In this document: positions 12,001 to 25,613 of the stretch, piece by piece | Layout of the letters: every line of letters begins with the position of its first letter | Position numbering within the stretch: position 1 is the first letter of the stretch | Assembly (NCBI GenBank): GCA_020137815.1 | Contig: CM035362.1 | Coordinates: 1,116,001-1,180,000 of the forward strand | From: Hormiphora californensis | Taxonomy: Eukaryota > Animalia > Ctenophora | Direction: 5' to 3' | DNA length: 64,000 nucleotides | Notes under the pieces: generated by a model | The model's database searches: none | What the model was told of the DNA's origin: nothing | The model's input: only the letters and a program-made list of their open reading frames with translations | Position numbers and translations under genes: made by a program

Positions 12001-14567
12001 GGTATGTGAATCGAGACTCATTCAGGATATATCATTCCGCTAAAAGTTTTACTAATCAGGTTTTATTTTAGAAAGAAGAGGTTGCTCACTATATTTATAC
12101 AGCCGATATCATGGTTTCTATTTTTAGTGTACCTCCAATCTAGGGTCATCCTAAAAAGAGGGAACTTTAGATGTAGTTGTAGGAAGATCTAGGGTTTATC
12201 AAGTTTCAAATAAATGCCACAACAGCATCAAAACCATCTCATTTTTTTAAAGCCCAAAGAACTAGCAGATTCAAGATAAAACCTCTTTCCAGGCAAGTTA
12301 AAAGAATCTAATTAAACTTACTGAGCAGCGTTTTCTAGTTTCTCCGTCATCTCTTCGTCCATCCTCGCCCACTTTCCCTCCATTTTATCCAGGAACATGT
12401 ATATCTTGTGTGCTATCAAACCTGAAACACGTGACGTCAACAGCAATCTGTTGCTATGGTAACTAAAACCAAACAGTTCTGAATGGCTATCTGATACCAA
12501 AATTTGCCTTGTCCGAATTTGAATAAAACAATCCAAAAAACAAATTTCAACAAACCTGTTGCCATTGGTGTCTTGCTATTTTCCCAGAACAATAGAGCCA
12601 TGCTTTGGCAGTCAGCAAATGCCGAGTAGATAGTGAGCACATCAAAGGGGTTCTCAAATGTTTCGTCACCCTGTGCTCTTTCATTGTACTTCGGATCACA
12701 AAACACACTCTTGTAACTCCCCTGCGCAAAGTTATTGTCAGAAATATACACCAGATATCTTGTGATATTATATTGATATTGCTGAGTTGATTGCATTACT
12801 TACCTGCATTATAGACCCCAGAATTGATCCGACATCTGAGAGCATGACCTGTAACAGTTATAATACAGGGTTCAGACATTAGTATAAACAGCTATGTAAA
12901 GGAAGTTGAGCGCCATTTTTTTGCAAAGAGGATAGCTGGTTAGCAATTATCGGGGCTTTATAGTGCTATCATAATACGAATGAAAAGGGAACAGTCTGGC
13001 AATGAGGGAATTACGAGAGAATTACGAATGAGGAGTTCAGCAATAAGTTCAATAAGCTAGATCACAATGCTTTGATTTGTTTTTGAATAAAAAACATGAA
13101 TTTCTACACGACGTATGGGTAGCTAAAATCTCTATAATTTGTATACAGATCGAATCATTTGCCAGCACTTACACCCCTATGTTGACCCTTCATAGACTTG
13201 CGAAAAGAGGCCCGGATAGTTTTCTGAATTGAGGGAAGGGGAATAGCTAATTGGGAGTTGGGGAAAGGGAATTTACTAGTTTGGGGGTCGGGGCATATTG
13301 AACAAGGCATTCGACCTAACAGAGTAAGAGAACGATATAGTGGTATCGAGGTTTTTTATGACACAATTAGCAGATTGCTGCTACACATGATAAGGAACAT
13401 GGCTCGTTCAATGAATTATAGCGGACAAATGTCAGTACATTATGCTCAATGTCATATATAATCTTTGTACTAGGTTACCTATGTTATAGTTTTCTACGGC
13501 TGTGAATTGAACAGTCGAATTACAAAAAATACATACCCCACGCTCTAGTTTTTCCTTTTTTCTCCGTTCTTTGAGAACTCTGTAACCTCCCGTACTCTGT
13601 CGCAGTTCATTGTACAACCGGGTTAAGTTGGCTTGCGTCATAAACTGAATAATTGTGTTGGTTGTTATGGGTAAAATTGAAGTGAATTGAAGTGGAGGTA
13701 CCAACTCCACAAAATACTACATGAGAATCAATCAGCCGAGATCATGTCTCCATGAACCCACGAATTACTTACCGCCCACCCCCCCCCTCCCTCAATCCAC
13801 AAGGCACTTACCGCCCGTACATCAGCACCATAATCGATGAGAAGTTTTACGAACTCTGTCCTCTGTCGAATAATGGAGAACAACAGCAGACTATTCAGCT
13901 CATCAGGGCTGAACTTGTATTCTTTTCGTGCAAACACAAACTCCCTAGCTACCCTGGCGTGACCCCAGGTGATCGCCAGTCTCATCTGTCTCATCCTAGT
14001 TGCTCCACTCCCTGCAGGGATATATTACACGTGTTAGTGAGCTAGAGACTGATCAGTGATAATAATTGAATACTAATATGTCAGCCTGGTTTGTGATATT
14101 GACTCACTTTCCCCTCCACTAAAGTCACGTTTGGGCGTGTTATTATAGCGCCAATCGGTCAGTGTATAAACGTGACCTTCTCACTTATATGCTAATATAT
14201 GCACTTTATTTCCTGCATAAAATATAGAAACATTTTCTGTGCTTTCCCTCTTTTCCTCTTTCTCCCTCTCTCCTTCTCCCTCTCTCCCTTTTAACTTGTT
14301 CACGAACATAATGATGTTCATTTAATTCACGCTTCACTTGACTCTCCATCGTGTTGTTATAGATCACGCTGCTAGCTGCCACGCTGCTGCTAAATCGTAT
14401 CACGCACAATAACAACTGCTGCGTGACGTTGTACTGGCAACTCACGCACGCCCGTGACATAGTGCATCTATTGAGACATTGCATCTCACGCACGCCCGTG
14501 GTTTTCCTTTTTTGGACTTTAGTAGCTGACTAGCTGCACTGTTATGTACAATTGCAATAAGCGAGGT

Positions 14568-14629
<62 letters not shown>

Positions 14630-17600
14630 TGTGTAGATCCCGTGTTCAATAAGTACTAGTAGTAGTAGTAGAATAAGGAAGTGATTTACTAATTGTTTTG
14701 TTCAGGCTGACTCGTGGAATGCACTGCCGATGCAATGACACAAGTTACTAACCACTTTGCATGAGAGATGATAGAATATAGAAGTCCAATGGTTCAGGGT
14801 TGTGAATACTAAAGATTGTCACTGTTTTTCTGTAAGTGGCTATCTCCATGACGGCACTCATCATCTTCGCAACGATACCCTGGAGGATTGTTAATTAATT
14901 AATTAATTATCTAATTAATTAGTTTATTTGTTAATTTCCGGGTCATTATATTCATTTCGATCTTAGAAATTGATGTCCCTGTTAGGATAAAGAAGCTATA
15001 AAACTCAAAAAACTTGTTACTCAACAACAACAAACAGAATCATGATAATCAACATACCTGTGATCGATACTTCTTGAAATCCTTGTCAATTAACTTAATC
15101 ATTTCTTTTTTACACGCATCGGTCAGAGTTCTCTCTATCTTTTTCTCACTATAAAAGGAGGGTATTAAAATCCCATCATGCTCATAATTAAGAATTCGCT
15201 CTTTTGATTAATGAGAACATGTTTTTGATTAATTAATTAGATAACTAATTTACCCGTCAACGGTGGTCTCAATTTCGATGCTGTGCTCAAACCCATAACA
15301 CAGGATGTCACTCGCTCGACCACTACCCTTCAGCACAACTAGTGTCTTTCCTGGGGGAGGGGGTCATGGGGACTTGGGGGGGGGGCGTCTTGGGGAACTG
15401 GGTCAGGGATCTTGGGGGAATGCTGCTAGGGGTTTCAACTTAGAATTGGGGTTAACACTAGTACCAACATTTTATCCAAAGATTCAAAGAATAATAGGGG
15501 AAGAAATGGGGGAGGGGGGGGGGGTTACTGCAGCCTGGTATCAAACCTTACCTTTTCTGAGGGTACTGACAGCCTGATTGATACTCTGCTCCCCTCCCTC
15601 TATCATGATGGTTACCATTGGCAACGAGACTCCATCCTTAGTAAACATGTTACAAATCAGGGATTCCAGCTCACCCCTGTACTCTATCTCTATACCCTCC
15701 TTCTCGGCAGTGCCTACAGAACAACACGCGTGTTAAGAAAATGGAACAGTGATATAGTGGGACAGTATAATAGTGATAATAGGATCATCATTCAGGGGGT
15801 GAATTATGGTTGGGATGACGTGTTGTTTCACATGCCCATATTTGGCAATCACGTGATGTTTCACATGCCCATATATGGTTATCACGTGGGACTCACCATC
15901 GTCCACCAAGAAGTGATGTGTGTGGTTAGGGTCCAGGGCAGCGTACCCCTTCGCAGGGGCATCCAATGTGTAGTTGACCATGGGTTCCCGGGCTCGGGGG
16001 TGCTGAAATAAAGAGTTTGAGAGAGTTACTATGGAAACTAGAGGGGAGAAGATGCTGGCAAGACGGAATTATAGTTGGTAGGCAGGGAATTGAAGACAAC
16101 AGCTTTGAATTTGAATCAAGCAATATGTGCTAACTTCATATTTGGTTTCATTAGTTATTTCAAACAGATAACAAAATCATAGGTGTCCGTATCATTATTC
16201 TGATGTGTATGCGTCAGACTGAGAGGTAGGTGCTAAGAAAAAGAGGCAAATGTTAAGAAAAGGAAAGGGGCAGCTAAATAGAGATTTCTATAGCTACAAT
16301 CGTCAGATTTCGCGGCATTTTTTTTCTTTCGGGTTAAAAAGTTTGAAAATGTGCTCTGCCATGCGAAATTATCATAAAACGAAACATAACACTTGTAGTT
16401 TCCCTTGCTCTAAACCGGCATCTTTTTTAAACTCGAACTCTCAAGTAAAGTTTCTATAACAGAGTTAAAAGTGCAGCAGAAGGTTATAATTTAATTTAAC
16501 ATGCGAATTATTCTACAACAGACCATATATGGACATATGCCCAAATATGGTTTTGGAGCTGCTTTTGCATTAAGAGGGGATGCACTCACAGTTAACTCAT
16601 TTATATCTTCGCTATCAGGGTCCGTTTTTATCTGGTGTGACGTGTTAACATTACGTTAACTAAGTATGTTAACCAATATATTATACAGCTCACAAGCAAT
16701 AAGATGAAAAAACATGTATGGACCTCGAACTTATCACTAAAAAACCAGCATTGTTTATAAAAACTTACCCGATTGGTGTTCAGGAGCATTTCCCTCCGCC
16801 ACGTCTTACCCCAGTTACCAACACCAATAGTGCAGATTTTACTGGTGAAGATAGACCGGCCTATAACATCACCCACCAATTTCATTACACCCTGTGGGAG
16901 ATGATGGTGAGGGGTTGTTTGGGTGAGGGTGGGTCAGAAAGGATCAAATGTTCTAATGAGGTTGTCAGACTACATATTATGAGGTTTGTAGGACTCTTAC
17001 ACAGTTCTGTCCGCCAGTAACAAGCCAGGCATTGGTTGATTTGGCTGCTGAGAGAAGACCCTGCTGAAATGACTTGCAGATGTCGTTCGATACCGCGAAA
17101 CTCTTTGCTCCACCCGTCACAGAAATCAAGAGATCTGAGGGCCGGGGTTATGAGCATGTTGTTGTAATTAAAAGCTTCTAGTTAGTTGATAATAAAATCC
17201 AGAAGTTAGAAATCATCACATTTCCCTCCTGGTTTTGATAGATCTAACCTGGTTCGTTCAGCTTCCAGAACTCTGTAAAGAGACGTTCCATTTTCTTAAT
17301 GGTGTCAGCGTGACCGTTATCTACAGCAATTCTCATGTACTGTGGCTGAGTCGTTGTGTCAACACCTAGAGGAGGAATTGAATTAGGGTCACATGATAGG
17401 GGTCACGTCTCATGTAGGGTCAGTCAAGATGTGACACACATCCTCCATGATGTCTTTATTGTACGTGACCATGTACCTGTGAAGTTGAATCTTTCCAAAG
17501 GCACAGTTCTCTATTAGTGTGGTACATGATGACTGATCCCACTTAGCATCACTTGGCATGTCCACAGTACGAGATATGTGGTTAGATCTCTTGTTTCCAC

Positions 17601-17720
17601 ACTTTACAACTAGGAGGTGGATTTGTCAGAGCTGAGACAGACAGACAGACTGAGAGGATATGGACAGACAGACATACAGACAGATGGCATATGGACAGAC
17701 AGACAGACAGACAGACAGAC

Positions 17721-17798
<78 letters not shown>

Positions 17799-19564
17799 GT
17801 AACTTACATAGGATCGTTGTCTTTTCCATCCTTCTTTTTGACGAACTTCACGCACTCCCGAACGTTTATATGTCTCTTCACCCAGTCTTCAAAAGTTTTC
17901 TGAAAAAAGAGTCTTTAGTTGAGGGCATCTAGATGAAATCGTATTTGCCACGATAAATCCCCATAATCCCACTTTCCCTCAACATCTAAACTACTCTGGG
18001 CAGATCCAACGAAACCAAAAACGGAAGGTATAGGAGTAAGTGAAACAATAATAGCTTTTTTGCCTCATATCTAAATCATCAAATATGTAACGAATTATAG
18101 GCCATAGGGATCACGAGTTACTGAGTGTTAGGGATTATCATGTGTAAAAGCACCTGCTGTAAGTGTTCCTCTAGACCCCTCTTAATCCCCTCCATATCGT
18201 GCCGGTAGGTGCCCTGAATTAGCCGCTGAACCAGGCCACCCATATGAGCCCCTTTCCCACGTCTACTGGATGTCCTCCTTCGCAGAGATCCGCCCTGCTC
18301 AGAGTCTGCCACACCAACTAGTCTGTTTACTGGACATTACCCGTCGCACCGCCGATTGAAATCGGACCGATCTTGATGGCTCCTCTCCTTCCCCACCGTC
18401 CATCATTTGATCGCAGGTCAGAGGGACTTCAGGAGGATACAATAGGAAGAGATTGAAATATATCTCTTGATACAGGTGGGCGCATGAACAGATCAACAAA
18501 TACAACTACGATTGTGTTCGGGCGAGATGTACCAGATCTTTTCTTTACAAATTAGGAAACAATGCCTGCAGCTGTCCGCCCAGTGGATTCCAATGATTGA
18601 TTAAACTAAAGCTTGATCAAATGTAATTTGAAAGACTGAGAGTGGAAGTCATTAGACAGTGGTTAGTTTAATTGATGTGTAGAGATGGAAACTGTTCTGC
18701 CTAAGGAAGTGAGCAAAAAACTCCACGTATAGTGGAAAATTTGTAATGCAGAAGAAGACACATCTAGCAAATGAAGATCGACTGATATTTATATTCCGGG
18801 ACTAATGCACTATGAAGTGCAGATTCAGTGGTTGTATGTGGTTGGCCTAGTAATTGTACATTACTAGCCTAATTATTGCGTGGAAATTGAAGCAAGATCT
18901 TGCAAGAAGTAACCATTCTATGCACAGGTAACAAATTGCTATAATATTCATCAACATCTTTATTAAATGTTGATCCGACAAGAAACATACCGTCATCAAC
19001 AGCTTATTACCTTTACCTGTGTACAACCCTGTATATTTAACCCTGACAAAATATTTATTATCCCAATATCATCCTCACCTTGTTCATTCGCCTCCCAAAT
19101 ATAGACTCTAAGTCTAACAGTGTCGGCAGTGGATTATCCGAACACCCGGCCACTCCACTTTTCACACTCGGCTGTAGCTCTTTCATAAGACTATCTTCCT
19201 TCATCACCAAGTCACTGCCCGTACTTTCCTCACTATTAGCCCTCTCCAGTTTATTATGACGGGGCGACGCAATGATAACTGGTACAGCCCGGGATGTATC
19301 TCCACTCTGTTTAGCAGGGGAGGTGATATCAGCAGCAGGTGAGTTTGGTTCAACTACTGTTGATACTCTTATCTCCGGTACTGATTGTTCCATAGCCCCA
19401 GTTGTAGCCAGGTCAGATCCCCAGATCAGGTCCTGGTTAAATGTGGAGAACTGATCTCGATCCTGTGGCCCCCAATTGTTGTTAGTAGGTTCAGGAACTT
19501 GGTAAGGAAATACCCGGACCAGATGTCGTCCGCTGCGTGGTGATCCGGGATGAATCACTACCAT
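3100..19564 (-). CDS. TRPM2: TRPM2-like cation channel with C-terminal NUDT9-homology domain (multi-exon)
   Basis: Exons read by hand with GT-AG ends: 19564-19079, 17899-17808, 17609-17477, 17365-17249, 17134-17001, 16891-16769, 16002-15897, 15713-15552, 15350-15254, 15148-15058, 14879-14753, 14011-13812, 13644-13537, 13223-13173, 12848-12804, 12721-12556, 12421-12322, 11811-11717, 11495-11362, 11118-11036, 10835-10714, 9995-9886, 9648-9455, 9309(or 9348)-9153, 8846-8687, 8579-8455, 8297-8193, 6694-6574, 6446-6283, 6104-5926, 5790-5648, 5488-5365, 5174-5102, [unresolved 5100-3783], 3782-3675, 3243-3100. TRPM motifs: WVKRHINVRECVKF, LLISVTGGA, AWLVTGG..GVMKLVGD, LDPNHTHHFLVDDG, IGPKLFMIRRM, pore AYLNVFGDI, S6 NIMLINLLIAIFS. 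NUDT9-H motifs: IPWNS..YDPTEYT, KFNEVDG, VYKGYFDDAQNTDNAWVE. Phases are compatible except for two +1 shifts in exon 17609-17477. The symbol denotes family similarity, not proven orthology. Confidence 0.93.
3399..3629. mobile_element. Degenerate palindromic MITE
   Basis: CCCCAAACTACTATGTCCCT (~3407) is the reverse complement of AGGGACATAGTAGTTTGGGG (3601). Inner inverted pair GATAGAGACTTGAAATTTGTTT / AAACAAATTTCAAGTCTCTATC. Confidence 0.7.
6783..8108. mobile_element. Foldback/palindromic non-autonomous DNA transposon flanked by TTAA (Kolobok/piggyBac-type target)
   Basis: TTAA at 6779-6782 and 8109-8112. Near-perfect inverted arms of ~650 bp around a ~25-bp loop near 7440, with internal direct repeats. 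Sits in the TRPM intron before the S6 exon. Confidence 0.9.
8872..9100. repeat. ~39-bp G-rich intronic minisatellite, 6 copies
   Basis: Unit G(n)AGCAAGTCGAGCAATCCGGATAGGGGGTGA; the G-run length varies. Confidence 0.95.
10012..10670. repeat. 22-bp G-rich minisatellite containing TTAGGG, ~30 copies
   Basis: Unit TAGGGGGTTAGGGGCTAGTAAC (or ...GTTAC) fills most of a TRPM intron. Confidence 0.95.
10875..11030. repeat. 39-bp minisatellite, 4 copies
   Basis: Unit ATGGTAATCACGCGTTGTTTACAATGCCCTAAT-like; a related 2-copy repeat lies at ~15816-15888. Confidence 0.9.
17635..17799. repeat. (ACAG)n microsatellite
   Basis: Long GACA tetranucleotide run within a TRPM intron. Confidence 0.95.
18154..18406 (-). 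CDS. Possible alternative first coding exon of the TRPM gene
   Basis: Reads MMDGGEGEEPSRSVRFQSAVRRVMSSKQTS then (G)VADSEQGGSLRRRTSSRRGKGAHMGG...EEHLQQ. It ends at a phase-0 CAG|GT compatible with exon 17899. The donor is weak, and one base near 18316 must be removed to join the two frames. Confidence 0.4.
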
Positions 19565-19641
19565 GGTAATAAGGTTTAAAACAAAACAAAACAGAGAGGG
19601 AGAAACAAAGAGTTATATGTAATCCTGAACAGTTGAATTAA

Positions 19642-20091
19642 AGGTTGACAAGATACCTAAAACTTTTCGTATATCGTCTTATTTTGATTTATCATTAATT
19701 TTCAGCATTTTTTCAGAATTTTTTGTCGGCTAGAAATATGTGCAAAATAGGGGGTCTACTGACAAATGAGTGTGCCTTTTTTTAAATTGATACTGGAATA
19801 TCTCCGGTTCCTGATGAGATACAGAAACCGTTTTGGTAGCGTTGGAAAGGCCTTATTGAGACCAATCCAACGCAACCAAGATCAAGTAGCTATCTTTTGA
19901 GGAACCGGAAACGTGAATTTCAATTTGCGAGACGCAGTGAGTGTGCCCAGTAAAACCAGTGCTGACAATATCGGTAGACCCCCTATTTCGAATTTTTTTC
20001 TAGCCGACAAAAAATTCTGAAAAAATGCTGAAAATTAATGATAAATCAAAATAAGACGATATACGAAAAGTTTTAGGTATCTTGTCAACCT
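19642..20091. mobile_element. MITE with TTAA TSD and AGG...CCT termini (Kolobok-like)
   Basis: TTAA at 19638-19641 and 20092-20095; ~120-bp TIRs starting AGGTTGACAAGATACCTAAAAC. Confidence 0.88.
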
Positions 20092-21249
20092 TTAAATTAA
20101 GGAATATCATAGCTAGTAGTAATTTACACACTCCCGGCATAGATGATCTATGATAGATCTCGAAAGACTCCAAAATCTGATTTCTGAGTGGATTTATCGA
20201 GGTCTAGATCGGAAGATACAGACGAGAAGCTACTTCACACTGAACGATGTATCAAGATTCAACTACCCAACAACCTAACCGTATCAGATCTACCTTAATT
20301 AATTGAATTCTGCTGCAAGTGTCAAGTTTGTAATTTCACAGGTCTCATGGATTCCAAGAAGTTTGTAAATCAAACTTTAAAGAGAGGCTACAAGCAATTC
20401 AAGTTCTAAAATCTAATGACTGTCAAGTGTCAGTCAACGTCGTCTATATTTATATTCAATGCATTTTCAGACGATAATCTGTCGTTCTCAAAGTATTCAA
20501 CTGAATGTTTGGTCTATAATCTCAAACAATAGTCATCCGGCATCCAACACTTAGTACATTGTCCTTGAGCGACAAAAATCTGAATTCGATTGAGAATGCC
20601 ACTTAAAAATCCTTTCATTCAGCTAGCAGGAGTAAGTACAAAGAATCGCCGGCAAAGAAATTTCCTTTCATTAGTTTCATTTTAGTCTCAGAAGCGAAAA
20701 GGAAAGAGTTTATATGGAATTTTTTGAATATATGGGCCATGTGAGGACTGAGGGTCTTCAAAAATGTTGTTAAGCAAAATCAAAATTCTACAGAGAAATA
20801 GCCCTCCATCGAATCAATGTTTTGTACGGTCTCAGATGAGGGTTTTTTTTAGAAACTGAGAAACCATTAATTCTTGAAAATTACCGAGAATCTACTAAAA
20901 GGGACATTTCTTGAAGCAGCCGCTTTAGCACATATTTGTTGGTATGCTCATTGCTCGAGTTCTCGATTCCCAAGAAAGAGACGGGGAGGGAGGCACTGCA
21001 GTACAACCACGTGTGGGACCGTTTCAAGATGAAAGATTCTGAACTCCAATGAATTCCGTGAGTCGTGACCTGGCTATTAAGTAAAAAGCGATTGGGATTA
21101 TATTACTAATTCTAATGCTAAATACTATATTGCACATGATAGCGTGACGCTAGTAGTTTCTGGTGCAATTATTCCAAGATGGGAGATTCTGTACCAAAAA
21201 CTATGAATCTCATTTTAGTGATACTAAAATGTTTCACTGAGGTCTGCCA

Positions 21250-21903
21250 TTGGTGACATTGACACCTAGTGCGTGCGAGATCGAGCTCGCACATAGGTGT
21301 CCGCTCCGCCCCCTAAAAAAGGGTCGTGTCTTTCAAGCCAAATTGCACGTGATCCGCTGGACCGATTTACATCCGGTTTGTCGCAAAAGACTACAAATTG
21401 GTCCTAGTTTACTGGAAAATACCCGAGAAGTTTGTCTGTCAACAGGAAGTGGATCAAAATTGACACTGAAGTCAAATCTATAATCTGGCTTCCGAGCCTT
21501 TTTGCACCACTCCCAGACGGTTTAGAATGAATCTGAGGGTATCAGAAGATAGGTTGAACTCTTGTGAGTACTGGAAAATACCCGGCATTAATAGCTGATG
21601 CTAATTGCATCAACATATCTCCCAATATCTTCTAAATCGCATGGGCGTAGTGCAGAAACTCTCGGAAGCCAAATTATAGGTTTGACTTCAGTGTCAATTT
21701 TGACCCACTTCCTGTTGACAGACAAACTTCTCGGGAATTTTCCAGTATATTAGGATCATTTGTAGTATTTTGCGACAAACCGGATGCAAATCGGTCCAGT
21801 GGATCGCGTGCAACATCCCTTGAAAGAAACGACCCTTTTTGAGGCGGAGCAGACACCTGTGTGTGAGCTCAATCTTGGTCGCGCACGGTGTCTATGTCAC
21901 CAA
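21250..21903. mobile_element. MULE/Foldback-like MITE with 9-bp TSD
   Basis: TSD GGTCTGCCA at 21241-21249 and 21904-21912; diverged ~250-bp TIRs starting TTGGTGACAT. Confidence 0.85.
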
Positions 21904-23046
21904 GGTCTGCCACTATTATAATTCTGATTATACTGCAGCAATGAGATGGGGAGGGGAGAGAGTGAGAGAGAAAGAGAGAGATAGAGTGCTGCAGGGAGTG
22001 AGAGATAGGGGAGATAGAAAACTAGGGAAAGGTACTGGTCATGGGAGCTGGTCAACTGAAGATGAATATTATTTGGGGCACACACCTGTTACACACACAC
22101 ATACTGAGCTGCAGTACACATGACAACATATCTCCTTTTTGACCAGATGGGGGGCAGCTCCTACTAATAAGTACATCGCTCTATAACGTCTTTCTAGAAC
22201 CATTAGTCTACCCTAATACTGGGCCGGCTGGAGGTCTCTGGAGGTCTAAAATGTTAAAATGGGTGCATATAACTGAGTTTACTCGCTAGAACCACCCATT
22301 AACTATTAAGTGTTTTAGTTCGTTCACTGTATTTTAGTAGCGGTCACATAAAAACATATACGAGTATTGGGTATAATGGACTCTCAATCTGATCCGTACT
22401 AATTTTATGTTGCAGAAAAAGATAGTTTAGTTGCAACACAATTGCTACTTTTGCAGATAAATTGGATATGGTCAAATATAAGCTCGTTCTAGCTCTGATG
22501 GAAAGTACTACATGCGTGATAGTGCAAAAAGGGATATATCTATCTGTCAGTAGTCAGCTATATAGCTGTACTAGTAGTCGTGCAATTTCTCAAAGAAAAG
22601 AGAAGTATATATTGGGAAAGAGTGATCGTGCGAGGGTAGAGATCTTACATAATATAAATCTCTTCAAAGAAAGTCATGTCTCACATCTAGAGCTCTATCT
22701 ATCTCTCTATCTCTCTATCTCTCTCTGTTGCGAATGAATGAAGAGGTGGTCATTGCATAAAAAAGGTAAAATTTATGAAATGTACTGTTTGAAATAATAA
22801 ACATTTGTACGATATAAGAATTTAGAATTATTCAGAATCATTGTTGAGGATGAGAAAAGTATACTAGCCCGTTAATAGTATCAAGATGCAGTAACTGTAA
22901 GCTGCAAGAATTCAAGCTGCCCTGGATGAACTTTAGCTAAATACTATGCGAAACTATTAAAATGGAAAACACTTAACACGCAATCTCCCCTCCGCAAGCG
23001 TGGTTTGATATGGCTTCAGAATCTGAGAAATTTCTCGGAGAGAAAG

Positions 23047-23364
23047 ATGGTGGTGATGTGATCCCCTAAACTCACTACTGAACTGCTAGGTATGGTGGTG
23101 ATGTGATCCCCTAAACTCACCACTGAACTGTTAGGTATGGTGGTGATGTGATCCCCTAAACTCACCACTGAACTGCAAGGTATGGTGGTGATGTGATCCC
23201 CTAAACTCACCACTGAACTGCTAGGTATGGTGGTGATGTGATCCCCTAAACTCACCACTGAACTGCTAGGTATGGTGGTGATGTGATCCCCTAAACTCAC
23301 CACTGAACTGCTAGGTATGGTGGTGATGTGATCCACTAAACTCACCACTGAACTGCTAGGTATG
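23047..23364. repeat. 51-bp minisatellite, ~6 copies
   Basis: Unit ATGGTGGTGATGTGATCCCCTAAACTCACCACTGAACTGCTAGGT-like. Confidence 0.95.
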
Positions 23365-24389
23365 TTAGTGTTTTGTTGTTGATGTCTAATCCATCCACTT
23401 CGTGTGTACCAGGGTCTTCTTTCTAACACCCGGTAGACGTGATCATCTTCCTCCAGAGTTATCGGGCAGTAGGATGCCATTGTACATGTGGGCAGCGAGC
23501 TGGATTTGTTAAATTAGTGGGTAGCGAGGACCGAGGTATTAGCAAGACCCACATGCTCGTGTTATGAGTACCCCCAAGCCATTATAATAGACTAAACGTC
23601 TTGACAGGTTGATAAAAGGGGTGCAAAGAGCAAGGGCACCACTGAGCAGAATGTATCCTTTATTTGGTGTTTATTTAAAAGATAATTCAGCTAAATATTG
23701 CTTGACAACATAGAAAATGGGACAACAAATCACCCAGTAAACTAGTGAGGGAGTTCGACTGGAAGCTGATAGCTGCTGATATCAAAACGATCACTTGAAA
23801 ACACCTCGATGAGAATATGATGTGAATGAAGATATATCTTTTTATCATATTATGAGATATTGACAATGTGAAGATTGGTTAAGCTGCAAAAGGGAGAAAA
23901 ATTGATTGGGAGAAGGGTTGTGTGTTGCAATGAACACTCTGTGAACTCTGGGAGAAGGATGAAGAAGCTGCTCGATGTGGAATCACATTGTACAATGAAT
24001 GATACTGTTACTTTTGCAACTAGTTGAGTGTAGCAGATCGACAGCATAATTGCTCATTTACAATTATAATAGAGTGGGAAAATGAGAGATATTCTAACTT
24101 CAGAATGAGAACTTCAGAGTGAACTTGAAATATATGGATGTTGGAAAATGACGAAGTTGATTTTCTTGGGCGCTCATCTAATTCTAATCGCAAAAGTAAT
24201 CTGAAGCCCAGTACGGTCATCAAATTATCTCATACGTGATGGGATGTCAAATGGTAGACAAAAAGAATTGGTGCACAATACGGATACACAATACACCACT
24301 TGCACAAGTGATGTGTGTGCGAGTTTCCCAGCACGATAGAGGGAGAGAGAGAGGGAGATAGAGGGAGAGAGAGAGAGAGGGAGAGAGAG

Positions 24390-24467
<78 letters not shown>

Positions 24468-25375
24468 ATAGTGTATGTGGGATGTCAAGATAGAGGAGAT
24501 AGTAGAGATACAGGGTGGAGCAAGACCCATTTCCGGATTGTGCATTATTATCCATAGGGCATTCGATTATTAATCATACTGCACAAGTAATGAAACCAAG
24601 GAAAACAGTTCTTGAAAGATGACCAACTGACGAAAATTGATCCCGTAACTAGGAAACAAGAAATGACTACCAACAGCTGATACTAGTGATACTGTCGTTA
24701 AGATATGACAGATTAATTAAGTTTGTCAGAGGTGCAGAAGGGGCAAAGAGGATTCCTCTGCTCTCAGAGGAATCGAATGGTATACGAAGATATTGGAATT
24801 AATATTCTAGCTGTATATTCCAGTACTGACATTTCCAGTTCCAATTAATAAACCCCATGCAGTAACAGCTCAATCCTTCATAATCGATTCCACCTACCTC
24901 GTATTCTATTCGGGCATTTCAGAGTCATGATCACTGCGAAACCTGCTGCAGTTGAAACTACATAATACTCAATGATAACAGATTAACGGAATTGGACTGG
25001 TATAGAAGATCTGACAGGGGACAGCCGACAGAGCAGAGACCGGCAAAACAAGAAGTACTGACGAAACTCACTGATGGAATGAAATGAAGTGTTTTCCCGG
25101 GGCGAACTGGAAAGTCACGTGACTTTGAATGCTAACAAGTTACACTTTCAAAAGAATGGAATCTGCGCGCGGTACAAATCCGCGTCACATGACCCTAATG
25201 AGTCGTCTTTTGTCTGTCATGGTCCGTCAATGTCAGGGCATAATATAAACAACTAAATAAATTAAGTTTATTTTGTTTTGTTCAAACTCTTTTATTTTAT
25301 TTTAAGGGAAGGAGGGTCGAACAAGGCAAAGTTTATTCACTTTAAATTCAAAAATACCCTAAAATAGTTACACAC

Positions 25376-25613
25376 GGCCCCCTTTGCACCGTCGGAGATC
25401 TCCTGGAGAAGCCCCCGGGAGATCTCCTAGAGATCTGCTAGCTAGGGGATAACAATAGAAAAACCACCAAAGACAAAATCTACTACCAGAAAAGTGACTC
25501 AGTGACAATTCTGACACACTTTTTTGGCGGTGCAAAACTTACCGGGCGATGCATCTATTATAATCCCTCAGCTGGGACGTCTCCAGGAGATCTCCGGAGG
25601 TGCAAGGGAGGTC
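25376..25613. mobile_element. Degenerate MITE
   Basis: TTGCACCGTCGGAGATCTCCTGGAG at the left end is an imperfect inverted repeat of CTCCAGGAGATCTCCGGAGGTGCAA at the right end. Confidence 0.5.

Noticed and set aside
17477-17609. Programmed ribosomal frameshifting in TRPM
   Set aside because: No shared slippery heptamer or stimulator structure; homopolymer consensus error is the simpler explanation.
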